Part shown: positions 31,690-40,569 of the stretch, piece by piece
Position numbering within the stretch: position 1 is the stretch's first letter
Layout of the letters: every line of letters starts with the position of its first letter
NCBI GenBank assembly: GCA_964428315.1
Contig: CAYRXT010000005.1
Span: forward strand, 12,592-76,591
Length of the DNA: 64,000 bases
Reading direction: 5' to 3'
DNA from: an uncultured Planctomycetales bacterium
GTDB lineage: Bacteria > Omnitrophota > Gorgyraeia > Zapsychrales > CAYRXT01
The notes under the pieces: model-generated
The model's database searches: none
What the model was told of the DNA's origin: nothing
Seen by the model: only the letters and a program-made list of their open reading frames with translations
Program-made: the position numbers and the translations under genes

Positions 31690-32214
31690 TCATCCCTTGG
31701 CGATAAGGCGGATGATCTCGCGGCAAAAGGCTGGGAGATCTTCCGGCTTCCGTGATGTGATAAGGTTTTGATCGACAACCACCTCGCGGTCGACATATTT
31801 CGCCCCCGCGGCGATAAGATCGTCCTTGATGGCGAAAAAACACGTGGCGGTGTGATCCCGCAGGACACCTGCCGAGACAAGCATCCACCCTCCGTGGCAG
31901 ATCGCGGCGGTCACACGGCCGTCAATGTACAGGCGTTTGACGAAGTTGACCACTTTGTCATATCTGCGCAGGATATCCGGCGCGTAACCTCCGGGGATAA
32001 TCACCCCGTCATAATCGCTAACCTTGGCCTGGGTGATAGATTTGTCGACCCTGCAGGGATAGCCTTCCTTGCTGCCGTAGACTTCCTTGGCGCCCGTCCC
32101 TATGGTTTCGACCCTGATCCCCTCTTCACTGAGCCGCAGGAGCGGATACCAGACTTCCAACACCTGGTAAAGGTCTTCAACGAGAATGGCGACCGTTTTC
32201 TTTCGTTTCGGCAT
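31690..32214 (-). CDS. PfpI/DJ-1 family (type 1 glutamine amidotransferase-like) protein
   Basis: IIPGG, AAICHG, ITSRKPEDLPAF; start at MPKRKKT. Confidence 0.92.
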   Translation of the reverse strand: MPKRKKTVAILVEDLYQVLEVWYPLLRLSEEGIRVETIGTGAKEVYGSKEGYPCRVDKSITQAKVSDYDGVIIPGGYAPDILRRYDKVVNFVKRLYIDGRVTAAICHGGWMLVSAGVLRDHTATCFFAIKDDLIAAGAKYVDREVVVDQNLITSRKPEDLPAFCREIIRLIAKG

Positions 32215-32371
32215 GGGGGGCCTCCGTCGGGTTGTTCGTTTGAGGTGTGCTGAACAAGGATATTGCCCGGGACTTGGGGCAACGCAGAGAGCGATGTCTC
32301 CGAAAATCGCCTGACACGCCTTCAATCCGTCGCGCCGGCAAAGGGGCGGCCGGGACAAGGCATCTCCGATT

Positions 32372-32530
32372 TTAGCGTCTCTTTCCTTTCTTGCGGCGGC
32401 GTTCTGAAGGCTTCGAGTAATAGCGTTTTTCTTTTATCAGCATGAGAAAGCCGTCCTTCTGGCACTGCTTCTTAAAGATGCGCAGGGCCTTCTCAAAACT
32501 TGTTTTGTCGTTTACTTTCACTTCCACCAT
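32372..32530 (-). CDS. rpsU: 30S ribosomal protein bS21
   Basis: SFEKALRIFKK...RYYSKPSERRR. Confidence 0.92.
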   Translation of the reverse strand: MVEVKVNDKTSFEKALRIFKKQCQKDGFLMLIKEKRYYSKPSERRRKKGKRR

Positions 32531-32635
32531 GACAGATATCACTTCCTTCCTTATCAACCGGGGTTGTATTCTTGGAAAGCCTATTATAAGCGATTTTCTT
32601 TTCTTGTAAACTTTTTTCCTTGGCGCGAACCGTCC

Positions 32636-32938
32636 TCAGACGGCGCCGGGGCCCTCTTCCCCTGTCCGGATCTTAAACAAATTGTCCATCTGGAGGACCG
32701 CGATCTTCCCGTCACCGGTCACGCCTGTCCGGGCGGCGCGCGCGATCATCTCAACGGTCTTCTCCACCTGGAATTCGTCGACATAAATCTCGACCTTAAC
32801 CTTGTCCTGCAGGCCGTTTCGGTGGTGGCCGAACCCGCGCGCCTCAGTGACCGTGATCCCGCCGATACCGGAACGCTCCAGCTCTCTAAAGACCTCTTCG
32901 GACCTCTCTTTGCGGACAATGGCCTCGATTTTTTTCAT
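32636..32938 (-). CDS. P-II family signal protein with shortened T-loop
   Basis: MKKIEAIVR, ITVTEARGFG, KVKVEI, TG..GDGKI, IRTGE; 100 aa versus 112 for canonical GlnB. Confidence 0.9.
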   Translation of the reverse strand: MKKIEAIVRKERSEEVFRELERSGIGGITVTEARGFGHHRNGLQDKVKVEIYVDEFQVEKTVEMIARAARTGVTGDGKIAVLQMDNLFKIRTGEEGPGAV

Positions 32939-33068
32939 CGGATAACTCCCATCCTGCCCTACGGCGACAACAACCTCTCGCCTCAGCCGGAAGGACAGGC
33001 TATATTAGCATAGGCCATCACCCCCGTCAATTTCATTCACGGGAAGGGACGGGAAAAGACCGGGGCGA

Positions 33069-34262
33069 TTATTCGGGATCGATGTAGGTGTAGGTATTGC
33101 CGGCGTAATTTCTCAGGACAAGCCGGCCTTGTTCCTTTGATACGACGTAATCCGGGCCGATGGGGATCTTGCCCCCGCCTCCGGGGCCGTCGATGACATA
33201 AGTGGGGACAGCGTAACCCGTGGTATGGCCGCGCAGTTTTTCCATGACATTGATCCCGGCCGCGACGGACGTGCGGAAATGACGGGATCCCGATATCGGG
33301 TCGCACTGGTAAATGTAATACGGCCTGACCCGGATCTTCAGGAGCTCATGCATCAGTTTTTTCATGACGGCGGGCTTGTCGTTGATCCCCTTCAGGAGGA
33401 CCGTCTGGCTGCCCATGGGTATGCCGTGATCGGCGATCAGATCGCAGGCGAATTTGACGCGCTTGGTGATCTCCTTGGGATGGTTAAAATGAATGCTCAT
33501 CCAGACGGGGCCGTTTCTCCGCAGGAGCCTGACGAGGTCTTCGGTGATGCGCTGAGGCAGCGTCACGGGGACCCGGGTTCCGATACGGATGAATTCGACA
33601 TGGGGAATGGCCTTGATATTCCTGAGGATATCTTCGAGCATGTGGTCGCTCAGGGTCAAAGGATCCCCTCCTGATATCAGGACATCGCGGATCTTCTTGT
33701 TGGAACGGATGTAGTCATAGGCGGCCTCATAGGTGGACGGCCTCAGCGTCCTTCGCCCTTCGCCGACCATGCGCGAACGCGTGCAGTACCGGCAGTACAT
33801 GGCGCACATCTCGTTGACCAGAAAAAGGACGCGGTCGGGATACCGATGGACGAGCCCGTGCACGGGAGAATCCTTTTCTTCCCCGCAGGGGTCATCGAGC
33901 TCCTCGGGTGAACGCACCAGTTCATCCGCCTGTGGGATGCACTGCTTGCGAACCGGACAGTTCGGATCTTCGGTGTCCATAAGACTGGCGAAATACGGCG
34001 GGATCGACATAGTCAGCTTTTTGCCGCACCCCTCCACACCCTTCTCCTCCTCGGGGGTCAGCGTGACGAGCCTGGCCAGGATATCTTTTGTGCGGATACG
34101 GTTACGCAGCTGCCAGCGCCAGTCCTCCCAGTCCATGGGCGTCGCGTCCTTATAAAAATTGATGACCCGGTGCTCCTTGGACGTCAGGTGGATTGCCGGC
34201 TGGACCTGCTGTTCAGGCGCGATGTCTACGCCGGTTTTTACCAGATTTTCCGATGGATTCAT
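33069..34262 (-). CDS. KamA-family radical SAM enzyme (lysine 2,3-aminomutase-like)
   Basis: WEDWRWQ, LVHRYPDRVL, CAMYCRYCTR, SGGDPL, RPYYIYQCD, IDGPGGGGKIP. Confidence 0.93.
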   Translation of the reverse strand: MNPSENLVKTGVDIAPEQQVQPAIHLTSKEHRVINFYKDATPMDWEDWRWQLRNRIRTKDILARLVTLTPEEEKGVEGCGKKLTMSIPPYFASLMDTEDPNCPVRKQCIPQADELVRSPEELDDPCGEEKDSPVHGLVHRYPDRVLFLVNEMCAMYCRYCTRSRMVGEGRRTLRPSTYEAAYDYIRSNKKIRDVLISGGDPLTLSDHMLEDILRNIKAIPHVEFIRIGTRVPVTLPQRITEDLVRLLRRNGPVWMSIHFNHPKEITKRVKFACDLIADHGIPMGSQTVLLKGINDKPAVMKKLMHELLKIRVRPYYIYQCDPISGSRHFRTSVAAGINVMEKLRGHTTGYAVPTYVIDGPGGGGKIPIGPDYVVSKEQGRLVLRNYAGNTYTYIDPE

Positions 34263-35284
34263 TGGCCTTTCTCCTTTTGCTGACCGTTGTGCAAACCGTT
34301 GCGCTCAAGTCCGCAATGAATAATCCGGTGGATCATCTGTTCATAGGTCTGCCCCATGCAGCGGGGAATGTAGCTGAAAACATCTTCGAGGGCCAGGCAC
34401 GGCAGGGGGTTGATCTCCAGGACATAGGGCCGCCCATCCTCGTCGACCCGGAAATCCACCCGGCCGAAGTCACGGCACTCCACGCTGCGGTAGACCCTGA
34501 GTGCCAGTTCCTGCAGTCTCCGGGCCATATCGTCCGGGATCCCGGCCGGACAGACATAACGAAGGTTATCCGATGAAATCCTCTCAAACGTATAAAAATC
34601 GTCGCCCAGGTCAGTCTTCCCGTCGATCTGCACCTGCACAACGGGAAGGGCCTCGGGCGGCTCGTTGCCCACCACCGCAACCGTGAACTCCGTTCCGCGG
34701 ATGAACTCCTCGACCAGGGCGGACTGCTTATAGACGCGGGTGATCAGCTCGACCTGCCGGAGGAGTTCTTCGTGGTTCGTTACCCGGGAACGCGCGGACA
34801 ATCCTTTGGACGAACCTTCGGCACGGCATTTCACGATCAGGGGAAATCCAATCGTGTTCAGGTCTTCCAGCCCCCTCGTGCTTCCCGCTTCAAAAAAACG
34901 GGGCGTCGGAATGCCTTCGGCCAAAAAAAACTTTTTGGCCATCACTTTATCCAGGGTGATCCCCAGGGTCAAGGCGTCGGATCCTATGTACGGGATGCCG
35001 CGCATTTCCAGGATCAGCGGCACCTGGGATTCCCGGTTGCGCCCCCCGGCACCCTCGGCGAGGTTAAAGACAATATCCACGTCCAGCCCGTCGATCTGCT
35101 GGATCAGGTTCTTCACGTTCCCTATGCGTTTGACGAGAAAACCGTTGGTTTCAATGGCGGCGGCGAGGTCATCGATGACTCTAGGCGGGTCGAATTCGGC
35201 GTTGATGTCGCAGGGATCGCCCGGACGGGGATTCCAGTCGGTCTTAAGATCGTATGTCAGGCCAATGATTCTCTTTCTTTCCAT
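34259..35284 (-). CDS. ATP-grasp ligase (D-Ala-D-Ala ligase-like family)
   Basis: VFNLAEG, ESQVP, GSD...LDK, EGSSKG, LVEEFI.G.E, GRVDFR, LEINPLP. Confidence 0.9.
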   Translation of the reverse strand: MERKRIIGLTYDLKTDWNPRPGDPCDINAEFDPPRVIDDLAAAIETNGFLVKRIGNVKNLIQQIDGLDVDIVFNLAEGAGGRNRESQVPLILEMRGIPYIGSDALTLGITLDKVMAKKFFLAEGIPTPRFFEAGSTRGLEDLNTIGFPLIVKCRAEGSSKGLSARSRVTNHEELLRQVELITRVYKQSALVEEFIRGTEFTVAVVGNEPPEALPVVQVQIDGKTDLGDDFYTFERISSDNLRYVCPAGIPDDMARRLQELALRVYRSVECRDFGRVDFRVDEDGRPYVLEINPLPCLALEDVFSYIPRCMGQTYEQMIHRIIHCGLERNGLHNGQQKEKGQ

Positions 35285-35288
35285 GGAC

Positions 35289-35320
35289 AAAAAAACAGGA
35301 ACCTCTCTTTCAGCGGTTCC
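35289..35320 (-). terminator. Terminator-like hairpin in the leader directly upstream of the ATP-grasp gene
   Basis: Minus strand GGAACC-N11-GGTTCC-TGTTTTTTT, ending 4 nt before the ATG. Confidence 0.45.
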
Positions 35321-35524
35321 CGGATATAGATAGACCTTTCAATAGAAACGTCCCCACTTGTTTAAACAGCCTTAATAAAAGCCTTCGCCGAACCAGGCTC
35401 GTATCTTTTCTGTCTCATCTTCCGTCGACATAGTCATCACCAAATCGTAAATTTTCACAATTTTTTTATCATATACCTTTCGGGTTGTCAAGACATTACG
35501 GAACTAATCTTTCCGCGCGTATTC

Positions 35525-36781
35525 TCACATCTTCGCCGGAAAGAACGCCATGAAGGCCACCATCATCATTGTCAGGCCGATGACGGCAACGACAGTGAAC
35601 CACGCGATGAAATTAAATAGCCGGCTGTTGACGTATTCCCCCATGATCTCCCTGTTATTGATCAGCCAAAGCATGATAATGAGGATAAACGGCAGCAGGA
35701 TGCCGTTGCCGACCTGAGAGAGGAACATGATCTCGAGGAGCGGGAAACGCGGGATCAAAACGACGCCGGCCCCTATGACGATGATCGCCGTGTAAAGCCC
35801 GAAAAACTGCGGGGCCTCTTCAAAGCGCCTGTCGACGCCCGCGTCCCATCCCATCCCCTCGCATATGCTGTAGGCCGTCGACAAGGGAAGCACGGAGGCC
35901 GCGAAGATCGAGGCGTTAAACAGGCCGAAGGCAAAAAGGAGGCTGGCGTAATTGCCCGCGAGGGGCCTGAGGGCGATGGCCGCGTCCTTGGCCGTCTGGA
36001 TATCGACGCCGGCCTTGAACATCGTAGCGGCGCAAGCCACGACGATAAAAAAAGCCACCGCCGGGGCCAGGATGCATCCCCCGACCACATCCAGCCGGAC
36101 ATGTCTGTATTCCTCGAGGCTCACGCCCTTTTCCACGATGGAGGACTGCAGATAAAATTGCATCCACGGGGCAATGGTCGTGCCAACCAGACCGACGAGC
36201 ATGACCGAATAATCCAGGTTCCACCGGAACCGGGGATGGATCGTGGCCTCGAGCACCCGGGGCCAGTCGGGACCGGCCAGAAAACCCGAAACCACATAAG
36301 CGACATAAAAAAAACACGCCCATAAAAATATCTTTTCCACGGACTTATAGGTGCCCTTGACGACCAGGGTCCAGACGGCCAGCGCCGCCGCCGGCACCGC
36401 AAACCACTTGCTGACAAAGAAGATCTCCATGGCCGCGGCCACGCCGGCGAACTCGGCCATGGTATTGAGGAGGTTGATGACAAGCAGCGCGACCATCAGA
36501 TAGAAGGTCACCTTGACGCCGAAATTCTCCCGGATCAGGTCCGCCAGGCCTTTGCCGGTCGCCACGGCCATGCGCGCGCACATTTCCTGAACGACGATAA
36601 GGGATAACGTAATAGGAATCAGCGACCACAGAAGGGCGTACCCGAAACGCGCCCCGGCCAGGGAATAGGTGGCAATGCCACCGGCATCGTTATCGACGTT
36701 GGCCGTAATAATTCCCGGCCCCATGACGGCCAGGAACAGGAGCATGTTGCGCACGAGCCGGATGTCGCGGAAATTTTTCAT
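35525..36781 (-). CDS. NRAMP-related divalent cation (probably Mg2+) transporter
   Basis: GPGIITANVDNDAGGIATY (DAGG for DPGN), QEMCARM..TGKGL, GTTIAPWMQF. Confidence 0.88.
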   Translation of the reverse strand: MKNFRDIRLVRNMLLFLAVMGPGIITANVDNDAGGIATYSLAGARFGYALLWSLIPITLSLIVVQEMCARMAVATGKGLADLIRENFGVKVTFYLMVALLVINLLNTMAEFAGVAAAMEIFFVSKWFAVPAAALAVWTLVVKGTYKSVEKIFLWACFFYVAYVVSGFLAGPDWPRVLEATIHPRFRWNLDYSVMLVGLVGTTIAPWMQFYLQSSIVEKGVSLEEYRHVRLDVVGGCILAPAVAFFIVVACAATMFKAGVDIQTAKDAAIALRPLAGNYASLLFAFGLFNASIFAASVLPLSTAYSICEGMGWDAGVDRRFEEAPQFFGLYTAIIVIGAGVVLIPRFPLLEIMFLSQVGNGILLPFILIIMLWLINNREIMGEYVNSRLFNFIAWFTVVAVIGLTMMMVAFMAFFPAKM

Positions 36782-36782
36782 C

Positions 36783-38084
36783 TTAAAGTCTCTCTTTATA
36801 TTTGCTCCACGCCAGGGAGATCAGCTCCTCCATGACATCGTCGATGGTCACCACGCCCTGCAGCACGTCATCCTCATCCAGGACGGGAATTGAAGAGAAT
36901 TTGTAGCGCTCGAGCAGCAGGGCGATCTCTTCCATCCCGTCGTCGGTGCGCACGAATATCTTCTTGGGAAAACATGTCCTGACGATCGGCGTCCGGGGGT
37001 CGGCATCGATAAAACGCCGGATCGAGGTCGACCCGAGAAGGTGATCATTTTCGTCGACGATATAGACATGGTAGACATTCCCTGGAAAGTTGACGTGTTC
37101 TTTGATCAACTGGATCGCGTCGGCGACCAGGGCGTCTTTCGGCAATGAAAGGTATTCGGTCGCCATCAACCCGCCGGCGGAATCCTGCGAGAAGCCGAGC
37201 AATTTGCGCAGCCGCTTGGACGTCTTGGTCTCCATGGATTTCATCAGCTGGCGTGTCTTCTCCTTGGGCAGGCGCAGGAGCAGGTCGGCGGCCTCGTCGG
37301 AAGGGATGTTTTCCAAAAGATGGCTCGCCTCCTTAAGCGTCATCCGGTCCAGGACCTCTTCCTGTTCCGCCGTGGAGAGGTCGGCGAAAACCTTCTTCTG
37401 GAGCTCGAAATCAAAGGCCTTGAAAAGCGAGTATTTCTCAAAGACGTCGAGGTCCTCCATGATTTCGGCGAGCTTGGTCGGCGGGATCTGCGAAAGTTTC
37501 TGCCGGGAGACATCCAGCCTCAAGACATTGCGCGAGCGTCCCAGGGTCAGGACCTGCGTATTTTTCCAGGGGATAAATTCCTCGCTCCTTAAATACGGCG
37601 AGTCCGGGACATAAAAACGCAGAACGGCGTCGATAAACCCGTCCCATTCCAGGCGCCGGACCAGGGCGCGCAGCCCGACATCCACATGGGCGAGGTAGAG
37701 CTGGTTATCGACCTTGAGAAGATGGATATCGTTGACCCTCACGACCTTCTGGTTGTCCGTGTCGACCACCTGCTGGTCAAGGACGTCGCGGCACAAAGAA
37801 AATTCCAGACGGGGTGCCGCCCTGACGAACTCGAGCTCCTCCTGCCCGGCGCTTATGCCGATGTCATCCTCAATCCGCTCGACCCGGGACCAGTCAAGAT
37901 GCGCGTAGACCCGGCCGATGCCCCCCCGGCGGATGACAAGCTTGGTCGCGCGCGGATGCACCTCGTCGCCGATGCGCATGATGATGTCGTGCAGACGGCC
38001 CACGGTCCTTCCCTGCGCGTCCAGGACTGGCCTGTTGAGAATCTCCGAAAAGAACACAAAGAGTGTGGAATGGGTTGTCTTCAT
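36783..38084 (-). CDS. PRC-barrel/MgtE-N/CBS domain protein (cytosolic partner of the transporter)
   Basis: DVLDQQVVD...VVRVNDI, DEAADLL, DSAGGLM, CBS pair ending GVVTIDDV; no TM domain. Confidence 0.88.
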   Translation of the reverse strand: MKTTHSTLFVFFSEILNRPVLDAQGRTVGRLHDIIMRIGDEVHPRATKLVIRRGGIGRVYAHLDWSRVERIEDDIGISAGQEELEFVRAAPRLEFSLCRDVLDQQVVDTDNQKVVRVNDIHLLKVDNQLYLAHVDVGLRALVRRLEWDGFIDAVLRFYVPDSPYLRSEEFIPWKNTQVLTLGRSRNVLRLDVSRQKLSQIPPTKLAEIMEDLDVFEKYSLFKAFDFELQKKVFADLSTAEQEEVLDRMTLKEASHLLENIPSDEAADLLLRLPKEKTRQLMKSMETKTSKRLRKLLGFSQDSAGGLMATEYLSLPKDALVADAIQLIKEHVNFPGNVYHVYIVDENDHLLGSTSIRRFIDADPRTPIVRTCFPKKIFVRTDDGMEEIALLLERYKFSSIPVLDEDDVLQGVVTIDDVMEELISLAWSKYKERL

Positions 38085-38097
38085 GACAATGTTCCCC

Positions 38098-38760
38098 TTA
38101 ACGGGACAAGCTCACACCCCGCCTTTCGCAATAAGGCCGGATCCGGCAGCGCGAACAAAACGGGGAAACCGGTTTGCACACATTTTGTCCCCAAAGCACG
38201 AGCAAGTAATTATAGGCCATCCAGTACCGTTTGGGCAATTTTTTTCGCAGGGCCGTCTCGGTCTCGTCGGGGCTCCGCGTGCTGACAAGACCCAGCCTGT
38301 TGGAAATCCGGTGGACATGCGTATCCACGCAGATCCCCGGCTTGCCGAAACCCTCAATGAGGACAAGATTCGCCGTCTTGCGTCCGACACCCGGCAGTGA
38401 GAGAAGCGTCTCCAGATTGTCCGGGACCCGCCCGCCGAAATCGCGCAGAATCCCGCGGCAGACGGCGTGGATGGTCCGGGCCTTGTTCCGGTAAAATCCG
38501 ACGGGATAGATCGCCTTTTCTATGCGCCTTCGGGGCAGCTTCAGCATCTGCGCCGGATGACCGGCCAGCCGGAATAACCTCTCCGAAGCGGGAAGCGTCG
38601 TCTCATCCTTAGTGCGCAGGCTCAGCAAACAGGATATTAGGACCAGAAACGGATCCTTCCACCGCTTGCCGACCATGGTCACGGCCGGGTCCCGCAGGCC
38701 CTTGATTTCGGCCTTCAAAAGGCGGACGACTGTCCCGATATCTTTTCTCGAATTGGCCAT
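38098..38760 (-). CDS. nth: Endonuclease III
   Basis: LSLRTKD, GFYRNKA, LPGVGRKTAN (HhH), VDTHVHR, Cx6CxxCx5C. Confidence 0.93.
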   Translation of the reverse strand: MANSRKDIGTVVRLLKAEIKGLRDPAVTMVGKRWKDPFLVLISCLLSLRTKDETTLPASERLFRLAGHPAQMLKLPRRRIEKAIYPVGFYRNKARTIHAVCRGILRDFGGRVPDNLETLLSLPGVGRKTANLVLIEGFGKPGICVDTHVHRISNRLGLVSTRSPDETETALRKKLPKRYWMAYNYLLVLWGQNVCKPVSPFCSRCRIRPYCERRGVSLSR

Positions 38761-38806
38761 CGGTCTGTTCTTGACAACGATTATTCTACTGAAAGGAAAG
38801 CGGCGC

Positions 38807-39478
38807 TTATATCCGGGCGATGAGCCTCTTGGGAATGCCGATGTCCGCCGTGACGAGCCGGCCGACGCAGCGGGGGCCCTCTCCTTTAAGAAATCCGCGC
38901 TTAATAAGACAAAAGGTGACGGTAACGAAGGCCTTGACGCAGGAACCGTACGTTCTTCCGGTATCGGCGTCGAGTCCCGAGGGAACATCCACCGCGATAA
39001 TCTTTTTCCGGGAGGCATTCATGGCCTCGATCACACTGAGGAAGGGCTCTTCCACCGGCCGGTTCAGCCCCACGCCGAAAACGGCGTCGATGATGACGTC
39101 CGCGACCTCCAGGGCGCCGGCCATTTCTTTGTCCAGCCTTTTCTTAATGACAGGCGGACAACGCAGTTTTCGCAGGATCGAATAATTCCGGGCCGCGTCC
39201 TCCTTAAGGGTCCCGGGACGACCGAGGCAAAACACGTTCGTTGGGATCCCGTTGTCGATCAGATGCCGGGCCGCGACAAAACCGTCTCCGGCGTTATTGC
39301 CCACACCGCAAACGACGACGGCCCTTTTCGTCTTCTTCCTGGAAAGCATCCGGACGGCCTCCCGGGCCACCGCGCTGCCGGCATTCTCCATCAATATGCA
39401 CGAAGGTATGCCGATCTTTTCGATGGTCTCCTGATCCAACCGTTGTGTCTGTTTGACGGAAGCTACCCGGCGGGTCAT
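38807..39478 (-). CDS. nnrE: NAD(P)H-hydrate epimerase (stand-alone YjeF-N)
   Basis: LMENAG, CGVGNNAGDG, DAVFGVG, DVPSG, ADIGIP. Confidence 0.9.
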   Translation of the reverse strand: MTRRVASVKQTQRLDQETIEKIGIPSCILMENAGSAVAREAVRMLSRKKTKRAVVVCGVGNNAGDGFVAARHLIDNGIPTNVFCLGRPGTLKEDAARNYSILRKLRCPPVIKKRLDKEMAGALEVADVIIDAVFGVGLNRPVEEPFLSVIEAMNASRKKIIAVDVPSGLDADTGRTYGSCVKAFVTVTFCLIKRGFLKGEGPRCVGRLVTADIGIPKRLIARI

Positions 39479-40449
39479 GGCCGATTGTCGCTGTCTTTCC
39501 TGAACAGTTGAAGGAACCTGTCTTCGTACTCGTGGTAGACATGCCATTCGTCGAGTTTCTTTTTCAGCTCTACGGCGGCCTTGGGTTCCTCCTGGGCCCG
39601 GGTGAAGAGATCCTCGATGACGCTTTTGGCCGAATTGGGAAGACGATTTTGAGACGCCAGCGATTTCTTGAACCGTTCGATATCATCCGTATCGATAGGG
39701 TCGTCACCGTCCTCGGACTCAAAGGGCTTCTTGATAAAGTCCATGAGTTTATCGACTTCCTCTTCGAAAATCTCTTCCGCGATGGACAATTCGTCGTAAT
39801 GGCCCTTCTTCATTCCCAGGAGCGATTCGCAAACGCGCAAGACGGCCAGGGATGCCCGCGGATTCTCGATCTGGGAGGCGTAGAACGGAATCTCGCTGAG
39901 CAGGCACAGTCCGTTCATGCCTTTCTCTTTGGCGAGGCCCAGAATCAAACCGTTCATACCGCTGATGTGGCAGGAATCGATCCTTCGCATTTTGCAAACC
40001 GGAAACGACTCCGGGACGGACAGATCGGTACAGGCGTACCAGACCTGGGGGATAATCATATGATCAACCGTCGAGAGAATGGCCGCGAAGCTGAACACCG
40101 TCCTGACGCCGAGCGCCGACGTAAAGTTCAAGAGGGGTGCCGCATAGGCCGCATAGCGTTCGGGAGAAGGCTGCTGGCTGCTGATAAAGAAGATGATGTC
40201 GCGCCCGCCCTTCGGATTGGTCCAGTGGTAGAATTTGCCCCGGGGCAGTTTCGGCAGGCTGACCACGCCCTTTTCCACCCGGATGTCGGTCTGATAAAAA
40301 CAGTCATCAGGGTCAAAACCGGCGAAGAACCTGGCGCGCAGGCGCTTCTTCATCTGCTCCGCCGAGCGCAGGGCCACCTGGCCCATGCCCGGCCACGCCG
40401 CGACCAGTATGGGGTCCCTGGGATGAATTGTCCGGAATGTCTTGATCAT
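39475..40449 (-). CDS. PAC2 (proteasome assembly chaperone-like) family protein
   Basis: LVAAWPGMGQVA, SQQP, ISGMNGLILG, GLCLLSEIP, NPRAS. Confidence 0.75.
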   Translation of the reverse strand: MIKTFRTIHPRDPILVAAWPGMGQVALRSAEQMKKRLRARFFAGFDPDDCFYQTDIRVEKGVVSLPKLPRGKFYHWTNPKGGRDIIFFISSQQPSPERYAAYAAPLLNFTSALGVRTVFSFAAILSTVDHMIIPQVWYACTDLSVPESFPVCKMRRIDSCHISGMNGLILGLAKEKGMNGLCLLSEIPFYASQIENPRASLAVLRVCESLLGMKKGHYDELSIAEEIFEEEVDKLMDFIKKPFESEDGDDPIDTDDIERFKKSLASQNRLPNSAKSVIEDLFTRAQEEPKAAVELKKKLDEWHVYHEYEDRFLQLFRKDSDNRP

Positions 40450-40569
40450 CGTTCTTGTGTTCCAATGTTGCGGGAATGAGCCGTTTTTCTCGCGCGATCC
40501 CCGCATAGTATAAGTTCAAATGTCCCGCCCTGTAAAGTCAAAAAATGATTAATCCTCCTCCTCGGGCTT

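Noticed and set aside
32215-32371. Several small hairpins between rpsU and the pfpI-like gene as an ncRNA
   Set aside because: Short stems are expected at this GC content; no recognisable tRNA, SRP or riboswitch motif.
33069-34262. Calling the radical SAM gene epmB or ablA
   Set aside because: No efp/epmA or ablB nearby; left as KamA family.
34259-35284. Calling the ATP-grasp gene ddl
   Set aside because: Lacks the Ddl N-terminal GGxSxE motif and the mur/dcw context; coupled to kamA instead.
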